Assembly: GCA_951406725.2 (NCBI GenBank)
Contig: OX597820.1
Span: 8,370,001-8,434,000, forward strand
From: Octopus vulgaris
Taxonomy: Eukaryota
Reading direction: 5' to 3'
Length of the DNA: 64,000 nt
In this document: positions 40,360 to 54,294 of the stretch, one piece after another
Layout of the letters: each line of letters starts with the position of its first letter
Position numbering within the stretch: position 1 is the stretch's first letter
Program-made: the position numbers and the translations under genes
Notes under the pieces: model-generated
The model's input: the letters and a program-made list of their open reading frames with translations, nothing else
What the model was told of the DNA's origin: nothing
The model's database searches: none

Positions 40360-40448
40360 GTGGTACACGTGTTTCAAGTTTCATAAACAATCCGTTTTTA
40401 CATCAGTGTTTTATTGATATAAAAGATGGTTTAAAGCTCTTCAGCCGC
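40360..40448 (-). ncRNA. Long-helix-II hammerhead in an element at ~40238-40565
   Basis: gcgg-CTGAAGA-[~60 nt]-GAAA-cacgtg-TA-ccac. Confidence 0.7.
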
Positions 40449-40564
40449 AAACATTGTTATTCCAAAGAGTTATATCACACTATAAAAATATGAAAAGTAC
40501 ATGTAGTATTACCCATTATAATAGGTATATCATACCTCCCTGAGAAAGTGTATTTGTAAAATTT

Positions 40565-40635
<71 letters not shown>

Positions 40636-40639
<4 letters not shown>

Positions 40640-41075
40640 GGGTTAGACAAAATAATGGAAACACCTTAAAATTTCAAACAAATTTATTTTAATATGGGGT
40701 AGGACCTCCTTTGGCAGTAATTGCAGCTTGAATTCTACGAGGTATGGACTCGTACAAAGTTGGAATTGTTTCCAAAGGAATTTTTGTCCATTTTTCAGCT
40801 AAAACAGTCTCCAGTTCTTGTAGGGATGATGGCAGAGGATATCGACTCCTTAATTGTTCTTCTAAAATGCACCACAAATGTTCCATAATATTGAGATCTG
40901 GGGACTGTGGTAGCCAGATGAGATGTTCAACTTCACTAGAATGTTCTTCGTACCATTCAGTAACAACTTTAGCAGTGTGAATTGGTGCATTATAATCCTG
41001 AAAGATTGCGTTTCTTTCCGAAAACTGTTCCGGAACCATAGAGAGAATATGATCAGATAAAATGCTTAAAGAGTC
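40636..41075 (-). mobile_element. Tc1 (DD34E) transposon 3' end with TIR
   Basis: IFQDYNAPIH...WLPQSPDLNIMEHLW; TIR TA-caggggttagacaaaataatggaaacacc. Confidence 0.9.
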
Positions 41076-41446
41076 TTGACTTTTTATTTTGCCATGAAAG
41101 GAAACCGTTGGGCCGGCGGATTTCCAAGATACAGCCCCAGATCATCGCAAATCCTCCTCCACGAAAAAGGGAACACGTGTGCTGAACTATTGAAAAATCT
41201 GCAGTTATTATATCCAGATTCCAAGTTCACGTTTATACCTGTAGTTATTGGGGAACTGAGATATGTAACACACTACCTACATACGAAATTGAGCTTCTCA
41301 AAACCAGAAAAGAGATAGCTAATTCGAAGACTTCAGATCCAATCCATGACTGGAACTGTAAAAGTCTGTACAACTTTCCAGAAGTTCATCATTTAAATAT
41401 ATATGAGCGTGTCTAGATATGCAACTCTACGTATGGGAATACATGC
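41076..41446 (+). mobile_element. RLE-type (R4/NeSL-like) LINE 3' fragment ending in (TACA)n
   Basis: ELLKNLQLLYPDSKFTFIPVVIG...LIRRLQIQSMTGTVKVCTTF. Confidence 0.65.
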
Positions 41447-41879
41447 ATACAAACATACATTCATACATACATTCATACATACATTCATTCATACATACAT
41501 ACATACATACATACATACATACATACATACATACATACAAACATACATACATACACACATACATACATACATACACACATACATACATACATACATACAT
41601 ACATACATACATACATACATACATACATACATACATACATACATACATACATACATACATACATACATACATACATACATACATACATACATACATACAT
41701 ACATACATACACACATATCTTAAGGGAAGGGTATTTCCAGAGAAGCACTCAACCCGAGTTCTGTTGGATTCCAGGTTAATACCGGAATTTTTCAAGCGTA
41801 GCAAATCCTCGTTTCATAAGGGTAAACTGTTGTGTGAAGTAAACTTGATTCAATTCGTTTGTTTTTGTGCCATTTCTGC

Positions 41880-42398
41880 TTGCAACCACAGTATACGCAA
41901 AAATTCGAAGGCATCAGGCATTTGCCATATTCGAACGCCTTACTTCCCTGGGCATGGACACATTGAAACTCCAACGTCTGGCAGCTGACTTGGCAGACAC
42001 CCACAAAAATATTAACCATCTTACAAACAATAGCTCTGAGCCCCTATTCAATCTCCATCTGTCTAACACCCGTGGACATGTTTACAAAGTCAGAAAACAG
42101 CACAGCTCCAATGACTTTTGGAAACATTTCTTCATGCTAAGAGTTGCTGAAGCATGGAACAAACTGCCGGCATCAGTTGTTAGTTGTCGGAGCACTGCAT
42201 CCTTCAAGACTTCCATGTTTCCTGAGATTCGCCGACACTACACCTGATTTTCTCCCCTCCATACACACACAACATGTATCTGACTCATACACTGTTCGCT
42301 TTCCAGACATTTGTACATTACTGCATATACTTTATACGCACTTTTGACAAGTTGTGGTGCAACTGAGCACTGTATACCATAATTTCATTATTATTCTT
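41880..42398 (+). mobile_element. CR1-type LINE 3' fragment
   Basis: ERLTSLGMDTLKLQRLAADL...RVAEAWNKLP; same 3' UTR as 46080. Confidence 0.9.
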
Positions 42399-42758
42399 AT
42401 TAAAATTCAGGCATTGTTTGCGGTCTTAGACAGTAGAAAGGCACGACATTAGGCTTGCGTCAATAGGGCACCATTACATTCTGTGCCAATTCCAAAACAT
42501 TCAATGTGAAGGAGCAACCTTCTATGTAGGTATTTGCACGACATGCTTCAAATATTATCTCATATGGGACTCAATATGCAACGTAGAGCGGAAAAGATTT
42601 TGATAAAATAGAAAAAAAAAAACTGCTTATGTACTTAATTGTGGTCGCTGGCTGATCACGACGGTTCGTGATCAGCCAAGGGGGAAGCTTAAGTGGACGG
42701 TCATATTTTTCATCTAATAATTATAATATGCACACACATACATAGATGAAAAATATGA

Positions 42759-42845
<87 letters not shown>

Positions 42846-42865
42846 TATACATATATATATATATA

Positions 42866-43000
42866 CTTGCAGAGATACCCGGCGTTGCCCGGTTACATTC
42901 AATTGAAGAATTAGACTTTTCTGTTATATTTTCTGTAATGAACTGGAATATCTATGTTTCGGATTTCATAAAAATTGCAGATTTCCCTCTTTCCACACCC
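42866..43000 (-). mobile_element. Helitron 3' end fragment (a possible 5' end lies at 45840-46050)
   Basis: ccgggcaacgccgggtatctctgcaagt, a degenerate hairpin/CTAG end. Confidence 0.5.
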
Positions 43001-43002
43001 TA

Positions 43003-44550
43003 AAGCCAAGCCAAGCCAAGCCTTCAGTAAAAGTGACACCAACGCCATAGCGCTGACTGTGGTGTCGTAGCCTTGGACAGTCAGCCCAATAGCGCCCAGA
43101 GCGAGCTCTGATGATCCTCAGCTGCTTTAGTGGACATCCGATGTTTTGGAGCAGGCTGAAGAGGCCTTTTCTACTTACCAAGTCAAAGGTCTTTGTCCGA
43201 TCAATGAAGGCCATATATAACGGCATTTTCTGCTCTCTGGACTTCTCCTGAAGTTAGCGTATGGAGAATATCATGTCAATAGTTGATCTGCTTCTTCTAA
43301 AGCCACACTGCGATTCTGGATAAATTCGAGAAGCAAGCAGTTGTAGCCTGGACAGGATAATGTGAGCAAAAGCCTTTCTAACAGTGCTTAGAAGAGATAT
43401 TCCACGGTAATTGTTACAATCACCACGTTCACCTTTGTTTTTGTAAAGCGTAATGATGTTGCATATCTTGAGGGACTGTACCCTCTCCCCAGCACGGACA
43501 CAGATGCTCATGAAGGTGCCGAAGCAGGATGGTGTTTTTGCCGGTTTTGATGATCTCTAAGGGGATGCCGTCTTTTCCCGGGGCCTTGTTACTTGCTAGG
43601 GAGTCAATAGCCTTGGTGAGCTCTGCTATAGATGGCAAACTGTCAAGTTCACACATGACTGGCAAGATCTTGACACCCTCGATTGCAGCCTCAGGTACCG
43701 TGGACCCCGTGAGTACAGATTCTGGTGGTACTCCACCCATGTATCCATTTGTTTGCTTTGGTCCTTGATGAGATCTCCAGTGTGTTGATTTCAGAGGGGC
43801 TGACTTGGTCGCGGATGGACCGAGGGCCTTCTTCAAACCGGCATACATCCCACGGGTCTCGCCACTGTCAGCAGCTGACTGGATACTCTGACAGATTTCC
43901 TGCCAATACCTATTTGCACAGCGTCTGGCAGTCAGTTGGGTTTTATTTCTTGCCTTTCTGAGTTCTTCGAGTGACTTTGTAGAAGAATCACTCTAGTATT
44001 GCATCAGAGCTGCACGCTTTGCGTCGATAACTGTTTCCAGCTCTGAGAGCCCAGCACTGAACCAATCTGGGTTTTGCCTTTCTCTCATGCCGAAAGTATC
44101 TATTGATGTGGTATACAAAGCTTCCCTGATATAATTCCACCTACTTTCAGCAGAGGAGGTTGGGCAGCTACTGAGGGCAACTTTGATAGAAACAGCAAAA
44201 CATTGTCGTAGTATAGGGTCCAAGGTTCTGCCAGTGTTAATGCGTGGTCGGCCCATTTTCTTGGAGTGATGGACTTTGTTAGGCAGAATCCTCACCCTGC
44301 TTCTTATTAGTGAATGATCTGTGTCACAATCCGTGCTGTGGTAACTACGAGTCAGTTGAGCATATTTCAGAAAGGATCTTCGTGTAATGATGAGAACCAG
44401 CTGATGCCAGTGGTGAGATATTGGATGTCTCCAAGATGTCTTGTGGGATGTCTTGTTGGCAAAGAATGTGTTGGTGATGCACAGCTTATGGTATGTGCCA
44501 AATTCAAGTAGTCTCTGACCATTGTCATTCATTTTGCCAATACCAAAACA
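43003..44550 (-). mobile_element. RTE (BovB-like) LINE, decayed and internally deleted, with (CTTGG)n tail
   Basis: NDNGQRLLEF..SWRHP.S.HWHQL, KAPGKDGIP, NYRGISLLS, ESQCGFR, AFID.TKTFDLVSR. Confidence 0.9.
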
Positions 44551-44618
44551 CATACACTTACATATATACATACATATATATATACGATTGATTTGTTTCA
44601 GTTCCTGTCCATGAAATC

Positions 44619-44668
<50 letters not shown>

Positions 44669-44744
44669 GAGAGATAAATTGATAGATACAACTGAGTGGG
44701 CAAACAAAATTATGAGACACTGCATAGTGCTTTTTATATATTGA

Positions 44745-45343
44745 TAAGCCTGGTACTTATTCTATCAGTTTCTTCACCAGTTGTGAAGCAGTGATGAGGG
44801 AGAAACACAAAGACACACACATAGACTTACATATATTCATACATATACATACAATTGATTTCTTTCAGTTTCTGTCAACAAAATCCACTGACAAGGCTTT
44901 GGTTGGTCTGAGGCTATAGCAGAAGACACGTGCCAAGTCACCATACAGTGGGACTGAACTGAGGACCATGTGTTTTGGAACGAAGTTTGTTACCACACAG
45001 CCACACCTGCACCTATGTATATGTGTGTGTGGGGGTGTGTGGATCAGTGTGTGCGTGTGGGTGGGTAGATCGGTGTGTGTGTGTGTGTATGGGTGTATAT
45101 ATGTATGCATGTATATATATATTATCTTTTTACTCTTTTACTTGTTTCAGTCATTTGACTGCGGCCATGCTGGAGCACCGCCTTTAATCGAGCAACTCTA
45201 CCCCGGGACTTATTCTTTTGTAAGCCCAGTACTTATTCTATCGGTCTCTTTTGCCGAACCGCTAAGTAACGCGGACATAAACACACCAGCATCGGTTGTC
45301 AAGCAATGCTAGGGGGACAAACACAGACACACAAACACACACA

Positions 45344-45401
<58 letters not shown>

Positions 45402-45577
45402 TATACATATATACGACGGGCTTCTTTCAGTTTCCGTCTACCAAATCCACTCACAAGGCTTTGGTCGGCCCGAGGCTATAGTAGAAGACACTTGCCCAAG
45501 GTGCCACGCAGTGGGACTGAACCCGGAACCATGTGGTTGGTAAACAAGCTACTTACCACACAGCCAGTCCTGCGCCT
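44745..45577 (-). mobile_element. Two SINE-B copies (44745-45012 old; 45127-45577 full-length)
   Basis: Identity to other copies. Confidence 0.9.
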
Positions 45578-45695
45578 ATATGTATATATATGTGTACATA
45601 TTACATGAACATCTATATACATCTAGACATACATGTTTACATATACATGTATATCTATAGAAATACTTCTATACATATACATGTATACATATACA

Positions 45696-45795
<100 letters not shown>

Positions 45796-46079
45796 TACAA
45801 TAGAGAGATGCTTTTGTTTCACTTTTAACACGTAATACTGAAGTAGTGGAGAAGATATGATATTGCTGTGGGCTCGCCCTAGGCAAGAAGTTAAACATTT
45901 TTTTGCCCATGACACTACATGGACCCTAAGTAAGGCATGTGTAAAATTTGAATGAAATTGGTTGTGTAGTTCTCAAGTTTTAGGGATTCACACAGACAGA
46001 CAGACACACACACACACACACACACACACACATTCTCATTTTATATATATATAAATATGTATATGTATAAAAATAATAA

Positions 46080-48810
46080 TATAATAATGAAATTATTGTA
46101 TACAGTGCTCAGGTGCACCACAACTTGTCAGAGTATATGCAGTAATGTATAAATGTCTGGAAAGCGAACAATGCATGCGTCAGATACATGCTTATGTGTG
46201 TATGGAGGGGAGACAATCAGGTGTATTGTTGGCGAATCTCAGGAAGCATGGAAGTTTTGAAGGATGCAGTGCTCCGACAAATAACAACTGATGCCGGCAG
46301 TTTGTTCCATGCAACTCACAGCGTGAAAAATTGTTTCCTGAAGTCATGGGAGCTGTGCTGTTTTCTGACTTTGTAAATATGTCCACGGGTGTTAGACAGG
46401 TGGTGTTTGAAAAGGTGCTCAGAGTTATTGTTTGTACGATGGTTAATAATTTTATGGGTGTCTGCCAAGTCAGCTGCCAGACGTCGGAGTTTCAATGTGT
46501 CCATGCTCAGGGAAGTAAGGCGTTCATGATATAGCAAATGCCTGATGGAGGGTATTCTTTTGGTTGCACGTCGCTGAACAGCTTCCAGACGATTGATATC
46601 CTGGGCAAGATAGGGGTTCCAGACCGGTGATGCAAATTCCAGGTGAGGTCTTACCATAGCTATATAAAGCCGCAGATAGATAGTCGGAGAGCGGCTCACA
46701 AAGGATTTGGTGAGTGATGCCAAGACACCCTCAGCCTTCTTGACAATTTTGGCGATGTGTTTTGTCCAAAGCAAATCACTGTCGACAATAACACCCAGGT
46801 CACGTTCACATGAAGACTTTTTGAGACTAGTGTTGTGGAGGGAGTAGGTGGACGCTGGGTTTCTCCTCCCAAAATGCATGGTGGTACATTTGTCCACAGC
46901 CAGCTTGAGTTGCCAGTCCATGATCCACTGCTGCATTGTTTCCAGGTCTGCTTGCAATAGAGATCTATAGTGTGCAGGATTTGACCTCTTTATTTCGAGG
47001 TACAGCTTGATGTCATCTGCATATTTCAGCACTGTGACATTCTTTAAGTTGGCATCTATGTCATTAACATATGCAACAAATAAAAGGGGGCCAAGAACAG
47101 ATCCCTGTGGTACACCAGATGTCATCTCATAGGGCGAAGAGTGCTGTCCTAGAACTGTGACAACCTCTTTTCGGCCGAAAATAAAGGACTTCAACCAGTT
47201 ATAGAGTTTGTCTCTTACGCCCAGCGCAGAGAGCTTCACCATAAGTCCTTTGTGTGGCACAGAGTTAAAAGCCTTAGCAAAGTTCAGGTAAACAACATCC
47301 ACCCAGGATCCGCGATCAGTGATTTGGGTAACGTCCTCAAGAAACTCGATGAGTTGATTACAGCAGCTGGAGTTAGGAATAAATCCGAATTGTGACGGCT
47401 GGATGAGGCTGTGAGACTTCCAAAAGTTCCAGAGGGTTTCTCTGATACAGGATTCCATCAGTTTGGCGATGCAGCTAGTAAGACTAACGGGGCGATAGTT
47501 GACAGGCGATGTGCGGTCGCCTTTTTTGAACAGAGGGATAACACTGGCAGTTTTCCACTGTTCTGGAGTAACACCATTGTCAAGACAGAATTGGAAGAAT
47601 AGAGAAAGTTGGCTTAGAAGAAAGTACCCACCGCGTTTGAGAAGTAGGTATGTAACACCATCGAGACCAGGAGAGGCATAGTTGCGTTTATTCTTAAGGT
47701 GGCGTTGTAGCATTGCCGGTGTAAATTGCATAGTAGATATAGAGTCCGATGTCAGTGGTGAAGATGGAACATTTTGGTCTTCGACAGTAAAGATGCTGGC
47801 ATAGCATCCAGCAATGATTTCTGCACATTCTTCGGGATTGCCAGTAATCTGTCCTGTGTGGGGATTGCGAAGGCGACCAACTGGAGAGTGGGGTCTCTGC
47901 TCTGAGTGCACATACTTCCAGAACACTTTGCTGTCAGGGTTAGTTGCAATGCGTCGTTCAAATTCAAGCACTGTCTTTTTTGTCACCTGCTTGAGGTGGT
48001 TGGCTGACCTATTGCGCTTTTTCCTGTTGCTCTCTGATTTGTGCAATTAGTATTCCTATTCAGCATTACGGCGTTCTTTCCTGGCAAGTCGGACTGCTGC
48101 AGTCTCCCAAATTGCACTATTGGGTGGTTTTTTGTGGTTGCGCGGTACTGATGCTGCACATGCTGCCCATATTGAATTCAGAATGTTCTGGAGTATAGTG
48201 TCCACATCTCCAGTGGTATAAAATTCGAGCCAGTCTGGGCGTTGCAGCTCAGTACAATAAGAACTCCAGTTTGCTTTATTCCAGTCAAAGCGGGCAGTCT
48301 GAAGATGGTTGTGTTTTTTGTTACAACCAATCAGAGACAAGTCGGCCATGATCATGGAATGATCAGAGTCACCTAAAGGTTCTTCGGTAGCGACACTAAT
48401 GATTGTTTCAGGAGAAGCGGTAAGTAGCCGATCCAAAGTGTTGTTACGCCTTGTGGGGGAGGTAACAACTTGGGACCAATTTGAATTCAGCACCAGTTCA
48501 AGGAAATCGTCTGCACTTTGCGGCCAACGGAAGGCTTCCCAGCCAATCTCAGGGAAATTGAAGTCCCCCGCAACATACACATATGTGGCTGCTTTCATGG
48601 CAGCAGCTCTGAGGATATCAAAAAGCTGTGCGTCTTGATGATAATTTGTAGGGCGGTAAACAACTCCGAGCAGAAGTGTTGACATGGTCATGTGTATATT
48701 GCAGAAAAATACTTCCTGCTGAGATTGGTTCAAATCATCACAGGGGATTGCCGATAGATTTGTCGAACATAAATCATCACACCCCCTCCACGGCGATTAA
48801 TGCGGTCTTA
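46080..48810 (-). mobile_element. CR1-type LINE, nearly complete ORF2 (APE + RT) with in-frame stops, 5'-truncated at (TA)n
   Basis: DRINRRGGGV, VYRP, GDFN, SDH (EN, ORF 48056-48733); NYRPVSLTS, GVPQGSVLGP, YADD (RT, ORF 46316-48046). Confidence 0.95.
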
Positions 48811-48991
48811 TATATATATATATATATATATATATAACATAAGGGACTAAAGCCATCTGAATATGGCTAGGGACAGGGCAGGGTGGTGGGGGTGCTACTG
48901 TTGCATTTAGCCCCAGGCGAACATCGACGTCACCAGAAAGGCCCGACACCGTCACGGTGTCCTTAACCTGCAAAGGAGGTAATTCCCCGAT

Positions 48992-49065
48992 GAAGCGGAA
49001 ACCACACACGGACCATGGTTTCAAGGTGTATTGCCTATCGTCGGCGTGTGGTAGGCTTCCGCTTC
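48992..49065 (-). ncRNA. Hammerhead with extended helix I in an element at 48836-49157
   Basis: gaagcggaa..ccacacg-CCGACGA-taggc(aata)cacctt-GAAA-ccatgg-TC-cgtgtgtgg..ttccgcttc. Confidence 0.75.
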
Positions 49066-49150
49066 CTCGACGAATTCTCACTCTGCAGGATATTCATATA
49101 TAGATTTTCAAGCAAAATACATTTGCTGATTTCGAAAATCTGTTCGAAAG

Positions 49151-49209
<59 letters not shown>

Positions 49210-49214
49210 TTATA

Positions 49215-49680
49215 TATTTATAATAAGAGTAGATCGTATACGAGTGGGTATATATTTGTAAAAAAGAAGTTTGAAAACGCCACTATATTAGATAAATTTT
49301 AATTTTCTTAGAAATTTCTTTCAGTATCTCTTCATTTATTGAGATGATGACAGGTAAAAAACAACCACGTGGATCCTGTTGAGACCAGTAAGAAACAATT
49401 ATGAACTTTTTTATTACACTCAACTTGAAATTTATAGCTATTATACCTACTACCGACAAAACACCACAACATAGATCCTATTGAGATCAGTAAGAAACAA
49501 TTATGAACTTTTCTATTGCACTTTACCTTTTAAAATATTTTTGATAAGGTTCGTTTTTTCAAGAACCGAAACATGTAAAATTCATAAGAAAATTAAAATT
49601 TATCTAATATAGTGGCGTTTTCAAACTTCTTTTTTACAAATATATACCCACTCGTATACGATCTACTCTTATTATAAATA
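49215..49680. mobile_element. Fold-back element (~95-bp arms) with internal direct repeat and hammerhead at 49537-49581 (+)
   Basis: attt-TTGATAA-ggttc(10 nt)gaacc-GAAA-catg-TA-aaat. Confidence 0.75.
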
Positions 49681-49683
49681 TAT

Positions 49684-49770
<87 letters not shown>

Positions 49771-49786
49771 CATACATATATGTGTG

Positions 49787-50504
49787 AGTTTATATATATC
49801 TTCTCTCTATATATAAACGGCAGTTTGTCTGTGTGTTTCTGTGTGTCTGTTTGCTTGTACCCTCACCCTGACCACGGCTTTCAACCGATTCTGATGAAAC
49901 TTGACACACACATAGCCCAATGTCATAATTCAAAACTATCGCAGCGAAAATTTTGAAAAGTTCCCCCAGTTCTGAAAAAAATCGATAAATTCGACATGGG
50001 GTCGAGAATCAGAAACACAAACCACAGACTGTCTAGGGGACGCAACTCGACCTTCTTAACTAAAAAAAAATTAACCGTCATTTTTTTTTTTTCATTTTTT
50101 GGCTATAACTCTCTAAAAATGTTTTATAGTTATATTATATATATATATAGCAGACCCCGGCGTTGCTCGGGTTTGTAAGGAAATAACTATAACATTTTTA
50201 GAGAGTTATAGCGGAAAAAAAATGACGGTTAATTTTTTTTAGTTAAAAAGGTCGATTGCGTCCTAGCAGTCTGTGGTTTGTGTTTCGATTCTCGACTGTC
50301 GAATTTATCTTTTTTTCAGAACTGGGGGAACTTTTCAAAATTTTCGCTGCGATAGTTTTGAATTATGACATTGGGCTATGTGTGTGTCAAGTTTCATCAG
50401 AATCGGTTGAAAGCCGTGGTCAGGGTGAGGGTACAAGCAAACAGACACACAGAAACACACAGACAAACTGCCGTTTATATATAGAGAGAAGATATATATA
50501 AACT
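49787..50504. mobile_element. Inverted pair of Helitron copies forming a ~700-bp palindrome
   Basis: 5' end as in 23848; the right arm ends in the hairpin/TAG at ~50148. Confidence 0.8.
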
Positions 50505-50507
50505 ATA

Positions 50508-50579
<72 letters not shown>

Positions 50580-50667
50580 CCAAACGGGAAAACAGAAAAA
50601 ACAACAACACGTAGAACAATTACAGTATTATTATTATTAGGCGCTCAGGAAAATGGAAGAAGGAAGG

Positions 50668-50701
50668 TATGACGTTTCGAGCGGAGCTCTTCGTCGGAAA
50701 C
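50668..50701 (-). ncRNA. Minimal hammerhead in a Penelope-like repeat at ~50575-50775
   Basis: CCGACGA-a-gagc(tcc)gctc-GAAA-cg-TC; related to 6545-6580. Confidence 0.6.
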
Positions 50702-50820
50702 ATAAGAGAAAGAAGAAAGAAGAAAGATCCCGATGTGGGCGAAAGAGGGAAAAAAACGCGACTGGTGTTTACGAAGTACGTATATATATATATGTATATA
50801 TATGTATATATATATATATA

Positions 50821-50920
<100 letters not shown>

Positions 50921-51366
50921 CGCACACACACACAGACATACACAATGAGAGAGACAGACAGAGACAGGTACACACGTGTATACATTAAAGACATGCGTAT
51001 AAACCGTGTCTGTATTATATATCATAATTATGTAGGACAGTAGCGTTGGTAAGATGAACTGTCATCTAAGTTGTGTCATTCTAAATGTGACCTTCCCCAC
51101 TGAGCACTTTAATTTTAATTGTTGTTTTCCTGTTTGCTTCCCATCACGAAACTTTTGAAGTTGCACACACACACACACACACAGATGTACGCACTGACAC
51201 ACACATCACTGTATATGCCTGTGTTTGTGGAAAGGTGGATAGGTGCGAGCGCGTGCTCGTGTGTATATAAGTATGGATACACACTTGTGTGTGTGTATTG
51301 CATGCCTATACATACATACACACATACATACATACATGCATACATACATATATATATACTCACACG

Positions 51367-51410
<44 letters not shown>

Positions 51411-51514
51411 AGCGCAAAAATGCTAATTCTAAAACCTCTCCAAGAGAACAACGTAGTAGTTGTACCGACAAGCAATATTTATGTTAAAGTGGCTACCAAT
51501 ATTACTTACGTTTA

Positions 51515-51598
<84 letters not shown>

Positions 51599-51630
51599 AT
51601 ATCTGTGTAACACATATGTATATTATACGT

Positions 51631-51711
<81 letters not shown>

Positions 51712-51791
51712 CATACATATATGTGTATATATATATATCATTTATTTATTCATTACACAGACACATACACACAGACATACATGTGTGTGTG

Positions 51792-51822
<31 letters not shown>

Positions 51823-51908
51823 GCCTCTCTTGTCTTTGTTGTGATGCTAACCGTGGAGTAGCTTTGATCGCGCAGACTTCCATTTCCGACGCACACTTAT
51901 AAACTCAT

Positions 51909-51982
<74 letters not shown>

Positions 51983-52750
51983 ACACATTAAACGTGCGCA
52001 AATATTTGAGCGTTTGTGTGTGAGGGTTTTCAATTCCGTTTTTATTTAATCCGGGATGAGATGTTTTTTTACGTAGCTGTCCAATTTGTTAGAAATAGCC
52101 ACCAACTGTCCCTCCAAGCTGGAAAAAAAATTCTTGTTTACTGGTCTGGTGTTTCATAGGTGCCCTAGTGTTAAACACCCCAATTTCTCTGCACCCCTCC
52201 CACGCTGCACCCCGCTCTACAATCCAAAGAAACTCTTTTTCTTTCTTTTCGCCGAAATACTTTAGTCAACCCTTTAAAATTGGGGAGACAGAAACTGTAG
52301 GAAAGTGTGTTAATGTGGACCCTTTCTGTTTAAGGGGTCGCACTCAATAACGTCACTCTGTTTAAGCTCCCACCCTCCATATGAACCCCTTCGATGTCTT
52401 TAGGAGTATCCATTGCTTTGTATGTATTGGGATTCGTTGTCAGCCTGTCTAATACCCGTCCAGGAGTGTCTTTAATGGGATCGTTTCTGTTTTAGATTTT
52501 GGGAACTAACCCCTTTTAGTCAGGGTCATTTCTTTCATCCCCCTCTCACACTAACCCCATCCCGCAAAAAACAAAATGGTGGCCACAGCTCCTCATCTGA
52601 AAGAAACACGCTTGATTTGAGGGATGATTGTCTGTTATTTCTAACCGATCAGATGAACACTTTGCTACTTGTCTAATGTAAACTGAAGTCACTTGGAGAT
52701 GTGGTGTGTTGTGGCTTGCATCCACAATTTCTAGACGTGGGGTCGCTTAC

Positions 52751-52815
52751 ATCATCAACATCTGATGCTGTTGATGTGAATTCAGCCAAAAGACAGGAAA
52801 TTATTTGGAGAGGAA
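52751..52815 (-). CDS. Candidate 65-nt internal exon (xPLQIISCLLAEFTSTASDVDD), product unknown
   Basis: Acceptor attcattctctcattcag, donor gtaagc, open frame (phase 1 in, phase 0 out). Confidence 0.35.
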
Positions 52816-52849
52816 CTGAATGAGAGAATGAATCACAAACTGTCTTCAG

Positions 52850-52922
<73 letters not shown>

Positions 52923-53079
52923 CAAATGTATGTGTCGTTGTGTGTCTACAAGCGAAACGCTTTGTGTGTACTTGAGACTGTTTTTAAGTGTGTTTGCCTG
53001 AATATTATAAGCAAATATGAACGCCTAAGTGTGCGCTCTCACACACGCACACACATACATACATATATAAATATATATA

Positions 53080-53163
<84 letters not shown>

Positions 53164-53216
53164 AATATATATATATATATACATATATGAATATATATAT
53201 ATATATATATATTATA

Positions 53217-54083
53217 TAAAAGGGCTTAGTAAAATAAATTACTTTGCCGCATACTGAACTCATTAGAAATAGCAGCCAAAAAAACTTTTTTAAAAACTAT
53301 TTCCAATACTTAAAGAAAACCTCTCTCATATAGTGTTTGCTCAACTCAACTCACAAAAGTATGGGGGTAGAGACATTAAAAATCAAATGCAAAGGTTATT
53401 TGAGAACGTACGTTTCAAGATTAGTCAAAATCGACACTTCTATCATCAGCTCAGAACTCCCTGGTTTGGATTTGAAAACACTGAAAGTGGGAGCATACCC
53501 TTTCGGCTTGTTATCACCTCTGAAGATCTGCTCAAAACTAACAGTGCTAGCAAATTCAAATATGCAAGCGAAGAATTTCTGCTCTCCCCTTTCCACCAGC
53601 ATGGGTTAAAATCAGCAAACACTATGATTTTTTCGGTAAAATCCGAGGCATTATATAGAGAGAGATGAATTATAATTTCAACAATTGAGGGTAAAATTAA
53701 TTAATTAATCAATTTCACCAAGTATTCAGTATACAAAGGGACCATTTAAGGCGAATTCAAATTATTACATTATATAAAAGGGCTTAGTAAAATAAATTAC
53801 TTTGCCGCATACTGAACTCATTTTTTAATGTCTCTACCCCCATACTTTTGTGAGTTGAGTTGAGCAAACACTATATGAGAGAGGTTTTCTTTAAGTATTG
53901 GAAATAGTTTTTAAAAAAGTTTTTTTGGCTGCTATTTCTAATGAGTTCAGTATGCGGCAAAGTAATTTATTTTACTAAGCCCTTTTATATAATGTAATAA
54001 TTTGAATTCGCCTTAAATGGTCCCTTTGTATACTGAATACTTGGTGAAATTGATTAATTAATTAATTTTACCCTCAATTGTTG

Positions 54084-54090
<7 letters not shown>
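53217..54090. mobile_element. Penelope-like element with partial tandem and inverted terminal repeats; hammerhead at 53402-53452 (-)
   Basis: ataaaagggcttagtaaaataaattac direct at ~53216 and ~53774, inverted at ~53960-53988; gag-CTGATGA-tagaagtgtc(gatttt)gactaatctt-GAAA-cgtacg-TT-ctc. Confidence 0.85.
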
Positions 54091-54149
<59 letters not shown>

Positions 54150-54202
54150 TATATGTATATATATATATAAATGAATATATATATATACATATATATATAT
54201 GA

Positions 54203-54234
<32 letters not shown>

Positions 54235-54294
54235 ATGAATATATATATATATATATATGAATATATATACATATATATGAATATATATATAAAC

